The notes below the pieces were generated by a model that did not search any database, was not told the DNA's origin, and saw only the letters and a list, made by a program, of their open reading frames with translations. The position numbers and the translations under genes were made by a program. Shown here in pieces: positions 35,245 to 44,726 of a stretch of 54,445 bases of DNA (the first letter of the stretch is position 1; the number at the start of each line of letters is the position of its first letter). This DNA comes from Acidiferrobacterales bacterium (GTDB taxonomy: Bacteria; Pseudomonadota; Gammaproteobacteria; Acidiferrobacterales; SPGG2), in assembly GCA_046758085.1 (NCBI GenBank), contig JBHHZP010000003.1:1-54445 (forward strand), read 5' to 3'.

Positions 35245-35917
35245 GGGTGCTATCTCCGTTTTTATTCGCCCCGCGCGCCTTGGCCACGATGACCATCGCC
35301 GGGCGCAGCAGCCTGTCGTGCAGCAGGTATCCCTTTTGCACGACCTGCACCACATGGCCAGCAGGCACCTGCTCGCTTTCGACCATGCCCACCGCCTGGT
35401 GCTTCTCGGGATCGAACTTCTCGTGCTCAGGATTAATAACGGAGAGTGCAAATTTCTGAAACACGCTGTCCATGAGCTTCAAGGTCAGATCCAGCCCTTC
35501 GTGCATTTGCGCCAGCGCAGTCTGGTTCTCCTGCTCTATGTCCACCGTTCGGGCAAGCTCAAGGCTGTCGCGCACGGCCAGCATCTCCGTCGCCAGTCGC
35601 TCGATGCCGTACTTGCGGGCATTGGCCATGTCGATTTCCGCGCGACGCCGGACATTGTCAGCCTCGGCTTTGGCCCTGAGAAACTTATCCAGTTCTTCCT
35701 CCGCTTTGAGGCGAGTGGCCTCCAGCTCCGCCTGCAGTTGAGTGAGCTCGTTCTCAAGCCCTGTCTCGCGCTGCGGTTTTGCCCCACCGCGCTCAGCCCC
35801 CGCGGTACCGGCTGCAGCGGGCGCTGGCTTTCGCGCGCCCTGGCTGTCTTTCATGCTGGTTTGGGGGGCTACCGAAGGTTCGGCGCGTTTTTTTTCCGCG
35901 TGTTTCTTGCCGCCCAT
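35240..35917 (-). CDS. grpE: Nucleotide exchange factor GrpE
   Basis: LRAKAEADNVRRR, FDPEKHQAV, QKGYLLHDRLLRPAMVIV. Confidence 0.97.
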   Translation of the reverse strand: MGGKKHAEKKRAEPSVAPQTSMKDSQGARKPAPAAAGTAGAERGGAKPQRETGLENELTQLQAELEATRLKAEEELDKFLRAKAEADNVRRRAEIDMANARKYGIERLATEMLAVRDSLELARTVDIEQENQTALAQMHEGLDLTLKLMDSVFQKFALSVINPEHEKFDPEKHQAVGMVESEQVPAGHVVQVVQKGYLLHDRLLRPAMVIVAKARGANKNGDSTP

Positions 35918-35968
35918 TATGGCCCTCGTTTCGTATTGGAGCAGTCAGTCGATTGTCCTTGAACTCTT

Positions 35969-35995
35969 TATGGGGTCCCCCGGCGGGGTTTCAAG
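35969..35995 (-). promoter_or_regulatory. sigma32 promoter for grpE
   Basis: Minus strand CTTGAA-N14-CCCCATA, a consensus match about 50 nt upstream of grpE. Confidence 0.8.
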
Positions 35996-36378
35996 CGGCT
36001 TGGGCGCGCTGCCGACGGTGCCGAGGGACATGCTGCCATGTTTCTGGGTTGCTAAGGCGCTGAACCATATGGCTGGCCGAAAACCACGTTTGCGGCGCAG
36101 CGAGTTTGAAAACCGACATACAAGGCACCGCTTGCTCCCCCATCCCGGCGTGAGCCCCGCAAAACCCGTTAACACTGGAGGGTGTTTTGTGACGGGGCCC
36201 CCGTGCAGACCTGAACGGCACCTTTATTTGCGAGACTCGCCATGAATACCGCCCGGCAGGCTCACCGCCCGCATCCCCCGGCTTGCGGCAACCTGAGAAA
36301 ACAAACGCTCGATGCGCGTTCTGGCCTGGGCGGGAGCTTATGGGGCAGTGGCCAGGAAGGTCTTTTACCAACAACCTG

Positions 36379-37422
36379 TCAGCGCCCGAGGGAGGAGAGC
36401 GCACCGCCGAGAAGCTTTGCGGTGATATCGACGAAGGGAATAACGTGCTCATAGGGCATGCGGGTGGGCCCGATCACTCCGAGCGTCCCAACCACCTCGC
36501 CGTCTGCGGTATAAGGTGCGGCCACCACACTGCAATCTTCCAGTGCCTCGTAGCCTGACTCGCTGCCGATGAAGATCTTGACCCCGGCCGCTCGCATACT
36601 TAGGTCGAGCAGGTGCAATAGATCGCGCTTGCTGGTGAACGTATCAAACAGCTTGCGCAGCTTCTGGATGTCGCCAAGCTCGGGGAATTCCATCAGGTTG
36701 GACTCCCCGCTCACCACGAGATCGTCACCCTCGCGCGTCTCATCCAGAAACACACGACGCGCCATTTCTATGGCCAACTGCATCATGCGTTGCATGTCCT
36801 CGGTGACGCGCTGCATATCCGTCACGAGCGCGCGTTTCACCGCGCCCAGAGGCATGCCGCTGTAGGTTTCGTTGAAATAGTTAGCGGCCTGGACCAGCTC
36901 AGCCGGCGAGTAGCGCCGCTCGGTGTGAATAATCCGGTTCTGTACCTGGCCGTCCTGGGTGACCAGGATCACCAGCACACGTTGCCCGGAAAGCCCGACG
37001 AACTCGAGTTGGTGAAATCCCACCTGACTCTCGCGCCGGGAAATCATGATGATACCGGCGAGCTGCGTCATCTCGGAGAGCAGATGGGAGGTCGATTCGA
37101 TCAGGTGTTGCGGGTCTTCCTCGGTACGAAATTCGTGCTCGAACTTGCGCACCTGCTCGGCATCAAGCGGCTGCACCGTAAGCAGACTGTCAACGAAGAC
37201 CCGGTAACCGAGCTGCGTCGGTATGCGCCCGGCCGAGGTGTGGGGCGAGTGCACGAGCCCCATTTCTTCCAGGTCCGCCATCACGTTGCGGATCGTGGCC
37301 GGGCTCAGGTCCAGGCTGGTCTTTTTCGCCAGCGTACGCGAGCCCACCGGCTGGCCATCGGCGATGTAACGCTCAACCAGCATCTTTAGCAGAAACTCGG
37401 CGCGCGGGGTCAACTCAGTCAT
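36379..37422 (-). CDS. hrcA: Heat-inducible transcription repressor HrcA
   Basis: YIADGQPVGSRTL, SPATIRNVMADLE, PHTSAGRIPT, GVIGPTRMPY. Start is 37422 (ATG) or 37440 (GTG). Confidence 0.97.
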   Translation of the reverse strand: MTELTPRAEFLLKMLVERYIADGQPVGSRTLAKKTSLDLSPATIRNVMADLEEMGLVHSPHTSAGRIPTQLGYRVFVDSLLTVQPLDAEQVRKFEHEFRTEEDPQHLIESTSHLLSEMTQLAGIIMISRRESQVGFHQLEFVGLSGQRVLVILVTQDGQVQNRIIHTERRYSPAELVQAANYFNETYSGMPLGAVKRALVTDMQRVTEDMQRMMQLAIEMARRVFLDETREGDDLVVSGESNLMEFPELGDIQKLRKLFDTFTSKRDLLHLLDLSMRAAGVKIFIGSESGYEALEDCSVVAAPYTADGEVVGTLGVIGPTRMPYEHVIPFVDITAKLLGGALSSLGR

Positions 37423-37450
37423 TGCAGTATATGTGCTCACATTACGCTAA

Positions 37451-37477
37451 TTAGCACTCTCAACACTCGAGTGCCAA
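37451..37477. promoter_or_regulatory. CIRCE operator (HrcA binding site)
   Basis: TTAGCACTC-N9-GAGTGCCAA, one mismatch to TTAGCACTC-N9-GAGTGCTAA, directly upstream of hrcA. Confidence 0.92.
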
Positions 37478-37482
37478 AACCC

Positions 37483-37511
37483 ACCCTAACAACACGCCCC
37501 GGAGGTGTCAA
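37483..37511 (-). promoter_or_regulatory. Putative sigma70 promoter for hrcA
   Basis: Minus strand TTGACA-N17-TAGGGT with extended TG; the predicted start site lies at the CIRCE. Confidence 0.65.
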
Positions 37512-37635
37512 CCCGCATCCGCAGCCAGGTGAGCGTGCTCCCGGGCCCCGGACCGCCGGCGTAGCTGCCGGCCGCATTTGGTTACGGTTGACCACGCCCT
37601 ATGCTAGTTTATCCAGACCAAGATTGGATGAATGC

Positions 37636-38514
37636 ATGACCGCGCCCGTTAGAACCGTAGGAGTGTTCGGCAAGTATGGCAGTCGCATCGCCGGCGGAGA
37701 GATCCGTAAGCTGTGCGAGCTGTTGCACGCGCGCAAGCTGCAGGTGGTTTTGGAAGAAAACACCGCCACACTGGTCGAGGGGCCGGTGGTCGTCAGCCGC
37801 TCGCTGGAGGAAATCGGTCGGGAGATCGATGTCGCCATTGTCATCGGCGGGGACGGTACGCTGTTGAGCGTTGCGCGCCACCTGGCCGATTTCGAGGTCC
37901 CGCTGATCGGTGTTAACTTGGGGAGGCTCGGTTTTCTGACCGACATCCCGGCGGAGAATATGACGGCGGAGCTTGGCCCGATACTGGACGGCGATTATCA
38001 GGTCGAGGAACGTTGCCTCTTGTCCGCCAACATCATCCGCAATGGCAAAACCGTGCACACCTCCAAGGCCTTCAACGACGTAATTGTTAATAAAGGTGAG
38101 CTGGCGCGTTTGATTGAATTCGAAACGTACCTGGACGGCCGCTTCGTAAACAGCATGCTTGCCGATGGAATTATCGTCGCGACCCCGACAGGCTCGACCG
38201 CGTATGCGTTGTCCGCAGGCGGGCCGCTTCTGCACCCGACGCTGCCGGCCATCGTGCTCGTGCCCATTTGCCCCCATACCCTGAGTGACCGGCCGATTGT
38301 CGTAAGCAGCGACAGTGTCGTTGAGATAGTTATGACCGGGACGAGGGAGCAGCGCGCCAACGTCACCTTCGACGGGCAGTTGCATCACCCGTTGCGAGAC
38401 CATGACCGGATCTCTGTACGTCGTGCGCCCAAACCGGTACGCCTGTGGCGCCCGAGCGGGGGCAACCATTTTGACGTCTTGCGCGCAAAGCTCCAATGGG
38501 GTGGCAAGTTCTGA
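37636..38514 (+). CDS. nadK: NAD kinase
   Basis: GGDGT, GVNLGRLGFLT, FNDV, DGIIVATPTGSTAYALSAGGP. Confidence 0.96.
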   Translation: MTAPVRTVGVFGKYGSRIAGGEIRKLCELLHARKLQVVLEENTATLVEGPVVVSRSLEEIGREIDVAIVIGGDGTLLSVARHLADFEVPLIGVNLGRLGFLTDIPAENMTAELGPILDGDYQVEERCLLSANIIRNGKTVHTSKAFNDVIVNKGELARLIEFETYLDGRFVNSMLADGIIVATPTGSTAYALSAGGPLLHPTLPAIVLVPICPHTLSDRPIVVSSDSVVEIVMTGTREQRANVTFDGQLHHPLRDHDRISVRRAPKPVRLWRPSGGNHFDVLRAKLQWGGKF

Positions 38515-38515
38515 C

Positions 38516-40207
38516 ATGCTCACGCAGCTGTTCATTCGCAATTTCACCATCGTCCCTAGGCTGGAGCTTGCTTTCGAGTCCGGCTTTACCGTGCTGACGG
38601 GGGAAACCGGCGCCGGCAAATCCATCGTCATCGATGCCTTGACGCTGGCTCTCGGCGATCGCGCCGAGAGCGGCGTAATTCGTGACGGCTGCAACCGTGC
38701 CGAGGTGACAGCGAGCTTTGCTTTGAGCCCGGACCACGATGCCGCCGTGTGGCTGGAGTCGCACGATCTGTTCGACGAACACGAATGCCTAGTGCGCCGC
38801 GTTGTCGAAATAGACAAACCCTCAAAGGGGTTCATTAACGGGCGCCCGGTGCCAATGCAGATGTTGCGTGAACTCGGCCAGCTACTGGTAGACGTGCATG
38901 GGCAACACGAGCATCAGTCCCTCCTGCGCCGCCATGGGCAACGCCAGATCCTCGACGATTACGCCGGTCTGGGCGAAACCTTGCGTATCCTGGGGCAGCA
39001 TTACCACGCGTTAAAGGTGCTGCAGGATCGTGCCGACACGCTGCGTCGCCAGTCAACCAATCGCACGGCGCATGTCGAACTGCTTCGCTACCAGGTGCGG
39101 GAGCTGGAGGCACTCGATTTGAATACTGATGAAGTCGCGCAACTCGAGGAGGAGCACGCACGTCTGGCCAATGGCGCTGAGCTGCTGGCAGGTGCACAAG
39201 ATATGGCCCGAGTGCTGTACGACGATGAAGATGCATCTGTTTCTCACCGTCTTGCGCGTGCGGTCTCGGGTCTCGAACAGCTTGCTCAGTACGATCCGAA
39301 GCTGGGCGAGCTTACTGCCCTGCTCAACGAGGCTGCGATCCAGGTTGATGAGACCGCCTTACAGCTGCACCATTACTTAGACACGCTGGAACTGGATCCG
39401 CAGCGGTTGCAGTGGCTCGACCAGCGTCTCGCATCGTTGCACGATCTGGCGCGTAAGCACCAGGTGCGCCCTGAAGAGCTCCCTCAAGTGTTGGACCGCC
39501 TGCGCACGGAGCTTGATGACCTGGAGGATGTCGACCTTAATCTGGGCAAGATCGAACAAGACATAGCCAATGAGCGCGAATCTTATTTCCGTGTGGCAAA
39601 AACGGTGTCTGCCAAAAGACACGCTGCCGCACGCCGCCTCTCCAAAGAGGTCACGGCACAGATGCAGCACCTGGGAATGGCGGGCGGCATGTTTGAAGTG
39701 CACATTGATTCACTGCCCGATGTTGAAACCAGCACGTTCGGGCTAGAGCACGTTGAGTTTCGTGTGAGCGCCAATGCCGGCCAAGCCCTCAAGACCCTGA
39801 GCAAAGTCGCCTCTGGTGGCGAGCTCTCGCGCATCAGCCTCGCATTGCAAGTTGTTACGGCGCGCGTCGGGCGCATTCCCACATTGATCTTCGATGAGGT
39901 GGATGTAGGTATCGGCGGGCGCGTCGCCGAAATTGTAGGCCAACAGTTACGCAAACTTGGCCAAACGCGTGAAGTGTTATGCATTACCCACCTGGCGCAG
40001 GTAGCTGCGCTGGGCGATCATCATGTACTCGTGAGCAAATCTTGTCAGGGCGCCACGACGGCGACCGAAGTGCGAACACTGTCCACAGAGGAACGCGTCA
40101 ACGAGATTGCACGTATGATCGGTGGCATCGAGATAAGCAAGCAGACACTGGCCCATGCACACGATATGCTCACGCGTGCCTCGAATGCTGAAAATGTGCC
40201 CGCCTGA
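38516..40207 (+). CDS. recN: DNA repair protein RecN
   Basis: LTGETGAGKS, DVHGQHEHQ, ASGGELSR, FDEVDVGIGG, CITHLAQVA. Confidence 0.97.
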   Translation: MLTQLFIRNFTIVPRLELAFESGFTVLTGETGAGKSIVIDALTLALGDRAESGVIRDGCNRAEVTASFALSPDHDAAVWLESHDLFDEHECLVRRVVEIDKPSKGFINGRPVPMQMLRELGQLLVDVHGQHEHQSLLRRHGQRQILDDYAGLGETLRILGQHYHALKVLQDRADTLRRQSTNRTAHVELLRYQVRELEALDLNTDEVAQLEEEHARLANGAELLAGAQDMARVLYDDEDASVSHRLARAVSGLEQLAQYDPKLGELTALLNEAAIQVDETALQLHHYLDTLELDPQRLQWLDQRLASLHDLARKHQVRPEELPQVLDRLRTELDDLEDVDLNLGKIEQDIANERESYFRVAKTVSAKRHAAARRLSKEVTAQMQHLGMAGGMFEVHIDSLPDVETSTFGLEHVEFRVSANAGQALKTLSKVASGGELSRISLALQVVTARVGRIPTLIFDEVDVGIGGRVAEIVGQQLRKLGQTREVLCITHLAQVAALGDHHVLVSKSCQGATTATEVRTLSTEERVNEIARMIGGIEISKQTLAHAHDMLTRASNAENVPA

Positions 40208-40208
40208 A

Positions 40209-40691
40209 GTGAAAGCCATTGCCTGCCATTCCGCCGCAATCGTGCGTGCCGCCGCTATTGGCGACGTACCGGAGATTCATCAGCTGTTGGACATTTATGC
40301 CAGCCAAGGAAACGTGCTGCCGCGCACCCTGAGCGAGCTGTACAGGCACTTGTGCGAATTCTTTGTCATCGAGCTCGACGGCAAAATCGCTGTGTGCGGG
40401 GCGCTCGAAATCTTCACAGAAGATCTGGGAGAGGTTCGCAGCCTGGTGGTCGCCGATACGCACAAAGGGCGTGGCCTCGCCAAACAACTCGTTCAACGCG
40501 TTATCGCCGAGGCGAAAACCCTGGGACTACGCCGGTTGATGGCATTGACCTATGTCCCGGAGTTCTTCCACAAGCTGGGGTTTCGGACCGTACCCAAAGA
40601 TACGCTCCCCGAAAAGGTGTGGGGGGTGTGTGTGAAATGTTACAAGTACAACAATTGCGACGAGATTGCGGTATTACTTGAAATAGAGTAG
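40209..40691 (+). CDS. GNAT N-acetyltransferase, short ArgA-like
   Basis: LLDIYASQGNVLPR, GEVRSLVV, acetyl-CoA motif KGRGLAKQLV, C-terminal LPEKVWGVCVKC..YNNCDEIA. Start uncertain. Confidence 0.8.
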   Translation: MKAIACHSAAIVRAAAIGDVPEIHQLLDIYASQGNVLPRTLSELYRHLCEFFVIELDGKIAVCGALEIFTEDLGEVRSLVVADTHKGRGLAKQLVQRVIAEAKTLGLRRLMALTYVPEFFHKLGFRTVPKDTLPEKVWGVCVKCYKYNNCDEIAVLLEIE

Positions 40692-40835
40692 CAAGTTAGA
40701 AGTAACAAGTAGCAACGACAAAAGCTAGTCCTATTTAACAATTCACCGTTTATTCTTCGTGTGGTACGACCTTTTTAATCGGGTCCGACACCTGCCACTT
40801 GCCCCTTGTCCCTTGCACCTTGCTACTTGTCACTG
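40686..40835. repeat. Inverted pair of heptamer arrays between convergent GNAT and fur
   Basis: Left arm GAGTAGC AAGTTAG AAGTAAC AAGTAGC (40686-40713). Right arm GCCACTT GCCCCTT GTCCCTT GCACCTT GCTACTT GTCACTG (40794-40835). Each arm contains one gene's TAG. Confidence 0.85.
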
Positions 40836-41266
40836 ATCTTGGAACATTTCCCCCGCGTTCGCATCCCCTCGCACACGCCATACAGATAGTGCACGTGATC
40901 CTCAACCACGAACCCTACGGCGTTGGCCGCTTCACGCTGGCGCCGTTCGATGGCACTGTCGTAGAATTCAAAGACACGCCCGCATTCCACACAAACCATA
41001 TGATCGTGATGCTTACCCTGGTTAATTTCGAATACCGATCGACCACCTTCAAAGTTGTGTCGAATAACGAGGCCCGCATTCTCAAATTGCGTCAGCACGC
41101 GGTATACCGTAGCAAGCCCAACCTCCTCACCCAGCTCCAATAAGCCTTTGTATACGTCCTCGGCGCTCAGATGCGGATTATCGGAGCCCTCCAAGATGTT
41201 CAGTATCTTGAGCCGAGGTAACGTAGCCTTCAATCCGGCCTTCTTAAGATCCGCACTGCCCGTCAT
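40823..41266 (-). CDS. fur: Ferric uptake regulator
   Basis: LKKAGLKATLPRLKIL, GLATVYRVLTQFE, HHDHMVCVECG. Confidence 0.97.
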   Translation of the reverse strand: MTGSADLKKAGLKATLPRLKILNILEGSDNPHLSAEDVYKGLLELGEEVGLATVYRVLTQFENAGLVIRHNFEGGRSVFEINQGKHHDHMVCVECGRVFEFYDSAIERRQREAANAVGFVVEDHVHYLYGVCEGMRTRGKCSKISDK

Positions 41267-41357
41267 GACACCTGCTCTGCACGCCCGGGTGCTGCTATAC
41301 CGTTAGAATCCTGTACGATATGATCTCGCCAGTGTAAACCAGCCTACCTGGGATGTC

Positions 41358-41708
41358 ATGATCAAACGATTTGTGGGCCTGGCCGGCTTGTTGCTCCTTG
41401 TGTTGTTGGGCGGGTGCCTGCGTGTCTACACGCCTGAGGTCCAACAGGGCAATGTAGTTACCCAAGAAATGGTGGATCAGATCAAGGTCGGCATGACCCG
41501 CCGGCAGGTCCGTTTTATCCTCGGCACTCCTCTCGTCGAGGATCCGTTTCATAAAGACCGCTGGGATTATTATTTCTATCGTAAACGTGGGAAGAAAGCG
41601 ATGGAACGGCGCGAGCTCAGTCTATTTTTTGAAAACGACAAACTGGTGAAAATCCGCGGCGACGTGAAGCCAAAGGCTACGGATGCGACAACGAAGAACT
41701 CCAGGTAG
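41358..41708 (+). CDS. bamE: Outer membrane protein assembly lipoprotein BamE
   Basis: Lipobox LGGC, VQQGN, GMTRRQVRFILGTP, DRWDY; divergent from fur as usual. Confidence 0.94.
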   Translation: MIKRFVGLAGLLLLVLLGGCLRVYTPEVQQGNVVTQEMVDQIKVGMTRRQVRFILGTPLVEDPFHKDRWDYYFYRKRGKKAMERRELSLFFENDKLVKIRGDVKPKATDATTKNSR

Positions 41709-41848
41709 CAATCCGAACGATGGCACGCCGAACTGTATGGTCGCTGGCTGTACGCTCGTGACAGCGGATCAGCTTTACCCATCTTGTGATCCCCCACCAT
41801 CAGCCTCCCTGCCGCCGGCCGCGAGCAGAGCAAGTAAATAACTGTACA

Positions 41849-42169
41849 TCATCTCGCGCCTCTGGGTCTCTTGCTGCGAGTTGCCCGGTGCCTGCGCGCC
41901 TGCTTGGGGTCAGCATTTAACGAGCGATAGATCTCGATCCGGTCATCGGGACCGACGCGATCATCGAGCCGCGCAGGCTCACCGAATACGCCAATTGCCG
42001 TGTGCGTCAGATCGATCTCCGGGAACGCCTCGAGCACCCCTGAAAGTTGAATCGCCTCTTCCATCGTCGTGCCCGTTGCGACACGAAGTTTATAGATCAC
42101 TTGCCTCGCGGGTATGGCATAGGCAACTTCTACCATGAACGTACGGTCATTGTTGCTGGTGCTCACCAT
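41849..42169 (-). CDS. ratB: RnfH/RatB ubiquitin-fold protein
   Basis: VEVAYA, GVFG, DRIEIYRSLNADPKQARR. Start uncertain. Confidence 0.88.
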   Translation of the reverse strand: MVSTSNNDRTFMVEVAYAIPARQVIYKLRVATGTTMEEAIQLSGVLEAFPEIDLTHTAIGVFGEPARLDDRVGPDDRIEIYRSLNADPKQARRHRATRSKRPRGAR

Positions 42170-42593
42170 ACAATGCTGTTGCCCTTTTGCTGAAACCATC
42201 AATGAGGCTGTTGGCAATGTTTGAAAATACGGGGCCCAAAGTCAGCTCAAACATTCTGTTGGAAAAATCGAACTCGAGATCCAGTGAAATCTTGCTGCTG
42301 CTTCTATCAAGCGCCTGAAATTGCCAGAACCCGTGCAGATGCTTGAACGGCCCTTCGACAAGCCGAACCTCCATCAACTTGCCCTTCTGCAGGCGATTGC
42401 GTGTGGTAAAGGTCTTGTGAATACCGTGATAAGCTATAGCAATCGCCGCGAGCACCTCATCATCGTTCTGCGCCAAGATTCTTGCCCCCCCACACCACGG
42501 AAGAAAATTCGGGTAGGACTCAATGTCCGCCACGAGGTCAAACATTTGCTGTGCGCTAAAGGCCACCAAGGCCGACCGCCGGATCGAACTCAT
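42147..42593 (-). CDS. ratA: RatA/PasT (Coq10-like START domain) protein
   Basis: SAQQMFDLVADIESYPNFLPWC, FTTRN, LVEGPFKHLHGFWQF. Confidence 0.93.
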   Translation of the reverse strand: MSSIRRSALVAFSAQQMFDLVADIESYPNFLPWCGGARILAQNDDEVLAAIAIAYHGIHKTFTTRNRLQKGKLMEVRLVEGPFKHLHGFWQFQALDRSSSKISLDLEFDFSNRMFELTLGPVFSNIANSLIDGFSKRATALYGEHQQQ

Positions 42594-43984
42594 AGAAACA
42601 AACTGGGTGCATTAAAAAACACGAGAAACAGCAAAACGGGCATGATTAGCCGCACCGACCAAAGCCAAAGGTCATAGGCACAAGGTGAACGCATGCGCAG
42701 CTCTGCACGTGTGAGCTCCGGCGTAAGAAGCCATCCGGCAAACAGCGCCATGAACAGTCCGCTCAAGGGGAGCAAGAGGTCCGATGTCAAGATCTGCAGC
42801 AGGTCAAAAAACCCGAGCCGCTTAACCGTGCCAAAGATCTTGAAGCTAAACCCCCAATAATTAAACGATAGGACTGTCGTGAGCCCAACCAACCATGCAC
42901 CCAGGCCGCAAATCGCCGCTGCGCGTGCACGAGACAGGCCCCAATTTTCATTAAGCCACGCCATTAAAGGCTCAATTAACGCGATGCCCGAGAGCCAGGC
43001 TGCAATCACCAGGGATATAAAGAACAAGGTGGCCATCGCACGCCCCAAGGGTAGCTGATCGAACGTCATCGGCAGCGCCTGAAAAATCAGATCTGCACGC
43101 GACACCGGCTCCATGCCACCGGCAAAAACCACAGACAGAACCACGAGTCCCCCGATAACACCCGCAAGCGTATCGAGACCCGCCGCGACCAGCGCAAGCT
43201 TCGGGATCGATGCGTCATCGTGCAGGTATGCCCCATAAATCAGCATTGCGCCGACCCCCAGTCCCAAGCTGAAGAACGCGTGCCCTGCTGCAGCGAGTAT
43301 TCCTAGCCGTGTGAGCTTGGTGAAATCGGGATAAAGGAGCCGCTCGGCGGCTTGTCCAAGATCTCCCACAGTGGCAGCATAGATAAGCAAACCGATTAAT
43401 AGCACGAATAATAAAGGTACGCTGTACTTGATCACCGGCTCGAGGCCCGCCTTGATGCCCCGCCCCACCACGAACATGGTCATGACGATGAACAGTGTAT
43501 GCCAGAGTATCTGTTTTTCCGGATCGGCTACGAAGGTAGTGAACAAGTTGCCGATGCCCTCGGCCGTAAGTCCATCCAGTGCTCCGATCGCTGCGCGGGC
43601 GGCATATGCCATGATCCACCCGGCGATGACACTCAAATAGGAGAGTATTAAGAATCCCGCGCCCACTCCCAGCCAGCCTATTGCGCCCCAGCCAGGGCGT
43701 CGTCCCACATGCTCGGCGAGCCGGCGGATGCTATTTACAGGAGATGCGCGCCCCCAACGGCCGAGCATAACTTCCGCGATCAATAGCGGTACGCCAATTA
43801 ACAGAACGCAAAAAAGGTAGACGATGATAAACGCGCCACCGCCATAATCGCTCACAAGGAAGGGGAACTGCCAGACATTGTTGAGCCCGATGGCAGCACC
43901 GCTGACGGCCAATACAAACACCCAAGACGATGACCACTGCGCGTGAGTATCGGCCATTGCAGCCATATTTTTTGATTTTTTCAT
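42590..43984 (-). CDS. Sodium-dependent transporter (neurotransmitter:sodium symporter family)
   Basis: [40 protein letters not shown]; about 11 TM segments. Confidence 0.9.
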   Translation of the reverse strand: MKKSKNMAAMADTHAQWSSSWVFVLAVSGAAIGLNNVWQFPFLVSDYGGGAFIIVYLFCVLLIGVPLLIAEVMLGRWGRASPVNSIRRLAEHVGRRPGWGAIGWLGVGAGFLILSYLSVIAGWIMAYAARAAIGALDGLTAEGIGNLFTTFVADPEKQILWHTLFIVMTMFVVGRGIKAGLEPVIKYSVPLLFVLLIGLLIYAATVGDLGQAAERLLYPDFTKLTRLGILAAAGHAFFSLGLGVGAMLIYGAYLHDDASIPKLALVAAGLDTLAGVIGGLVVLSVVFAGGMEPVSRADLIFQALPMTFDQLPLGRAMATLFFISLVIAAWLSGIALIEPLMAWLNENWGLSRARAAAICGLGAWLVGLTTVLSFNYWGFSFKIFGTVKRLGFFDLLQILTSDLLLPLSGLFMALFAGWLLTPELTRAELRMRSPCAYDLWLWSVRLIMPVLLFLVFFNAPSLFL

Positions 43985-44240
43985 TATGCACCCAAGTACC
44001 GCCCAAGCACGTTGGCTCGGTTTGCACGATCGCGCTGGTCACGCCACACGATGCCCACGCCGCCTGGCAAAGTTTAGCATGCGACCCCTTTCGGCTGCTG
44101 TGCTAGCTCTGCGTGTCCCTCCACGATCGGATGATTCGCCCTCTGCGTGTATGGGTTCCATGCAAATTCCTGCAAGAATTCTTTTCTGCAAGAATCTGTG
44201 CTTGAATGCTAAGCGTCAACGGATCCGCTCGCGCAGGCTC

Positions 44241-44726
44241 ATGAACGAAAAGAAGAGCAAACCTCATACGCATACTATTGCCCTCAACAAGAAAGCCCGG
44301 CACGATTACTTTATCGAAGAGCGATTCGAGGCCGGGATCGCGCTGCAGGGCTGGGAGGTAAAAAGCCTGAGATCCGGTCATGCCCAACTAAAAGAAGCCT
44401 ACGTGACAGTCAGGAAAGCCGAGGTGTTTCTGGTGGGAGCACACATCTCTCCGTTGTCCTCAGCCTCTACCCACATACGCCCGGACCCCAGGCGCACGCG
44501 CAAGCTGCTGCTGCACCACGAGGAAATCCGCAAGCTGGTGGGAGCAGTGGAACGGCGGGGCTACACGCTCGTGCCACTCGCTATGTACTGGAAACGCGGT
44601 CGCGCTAAGCTCGAGATCGCCCTGGCCAAGGGTAAGCATAAACATGACAAGCGCGCAGCAATCAGGCAACGTGAAGCCGAGCGTGAGCAACAGCGGGCGT
44701 TGAAGGCTGTAAGGGACAAGGAGTAA
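44241..44726 (+). CDS. smpB: SsrA-binding protein SmpB
   Basis: [49 protein letters not shown]. Start at ATG 44241. Confidence 0.97.
   Translation: MNEKKSKPHTHTIALNKKARHDYFIEERFEAGIALQGWEVKSLRSGHAQLKEAYVTVRKAEVFLVGAHISPLSSASTHIRPDPRRTRKLLLHHEEIRKLVGAVERRGYTLVPLAMYWKRGRAKLEIALAKGKHKHDKRAAIRQREAEREQQRALKAVRDKE

Noticed and set aside
27584-38835. Long antisense ORFs (e.g. 27584-28774, 32248-33117, 37609-38835)
   Set aside because: They are shadows of conserved genes on the opposite strand, common in GC-rich DNA, and carry no motifs.
43986-44240. N-terminal extensions in the ORF track (smpB; likewise nadK, recN, nuoG/H/I/J/K, carA, folE2)
   Set aside because: Family similarity begins at downstream starts; the extensions overlap neighbours, promoters or repeats.
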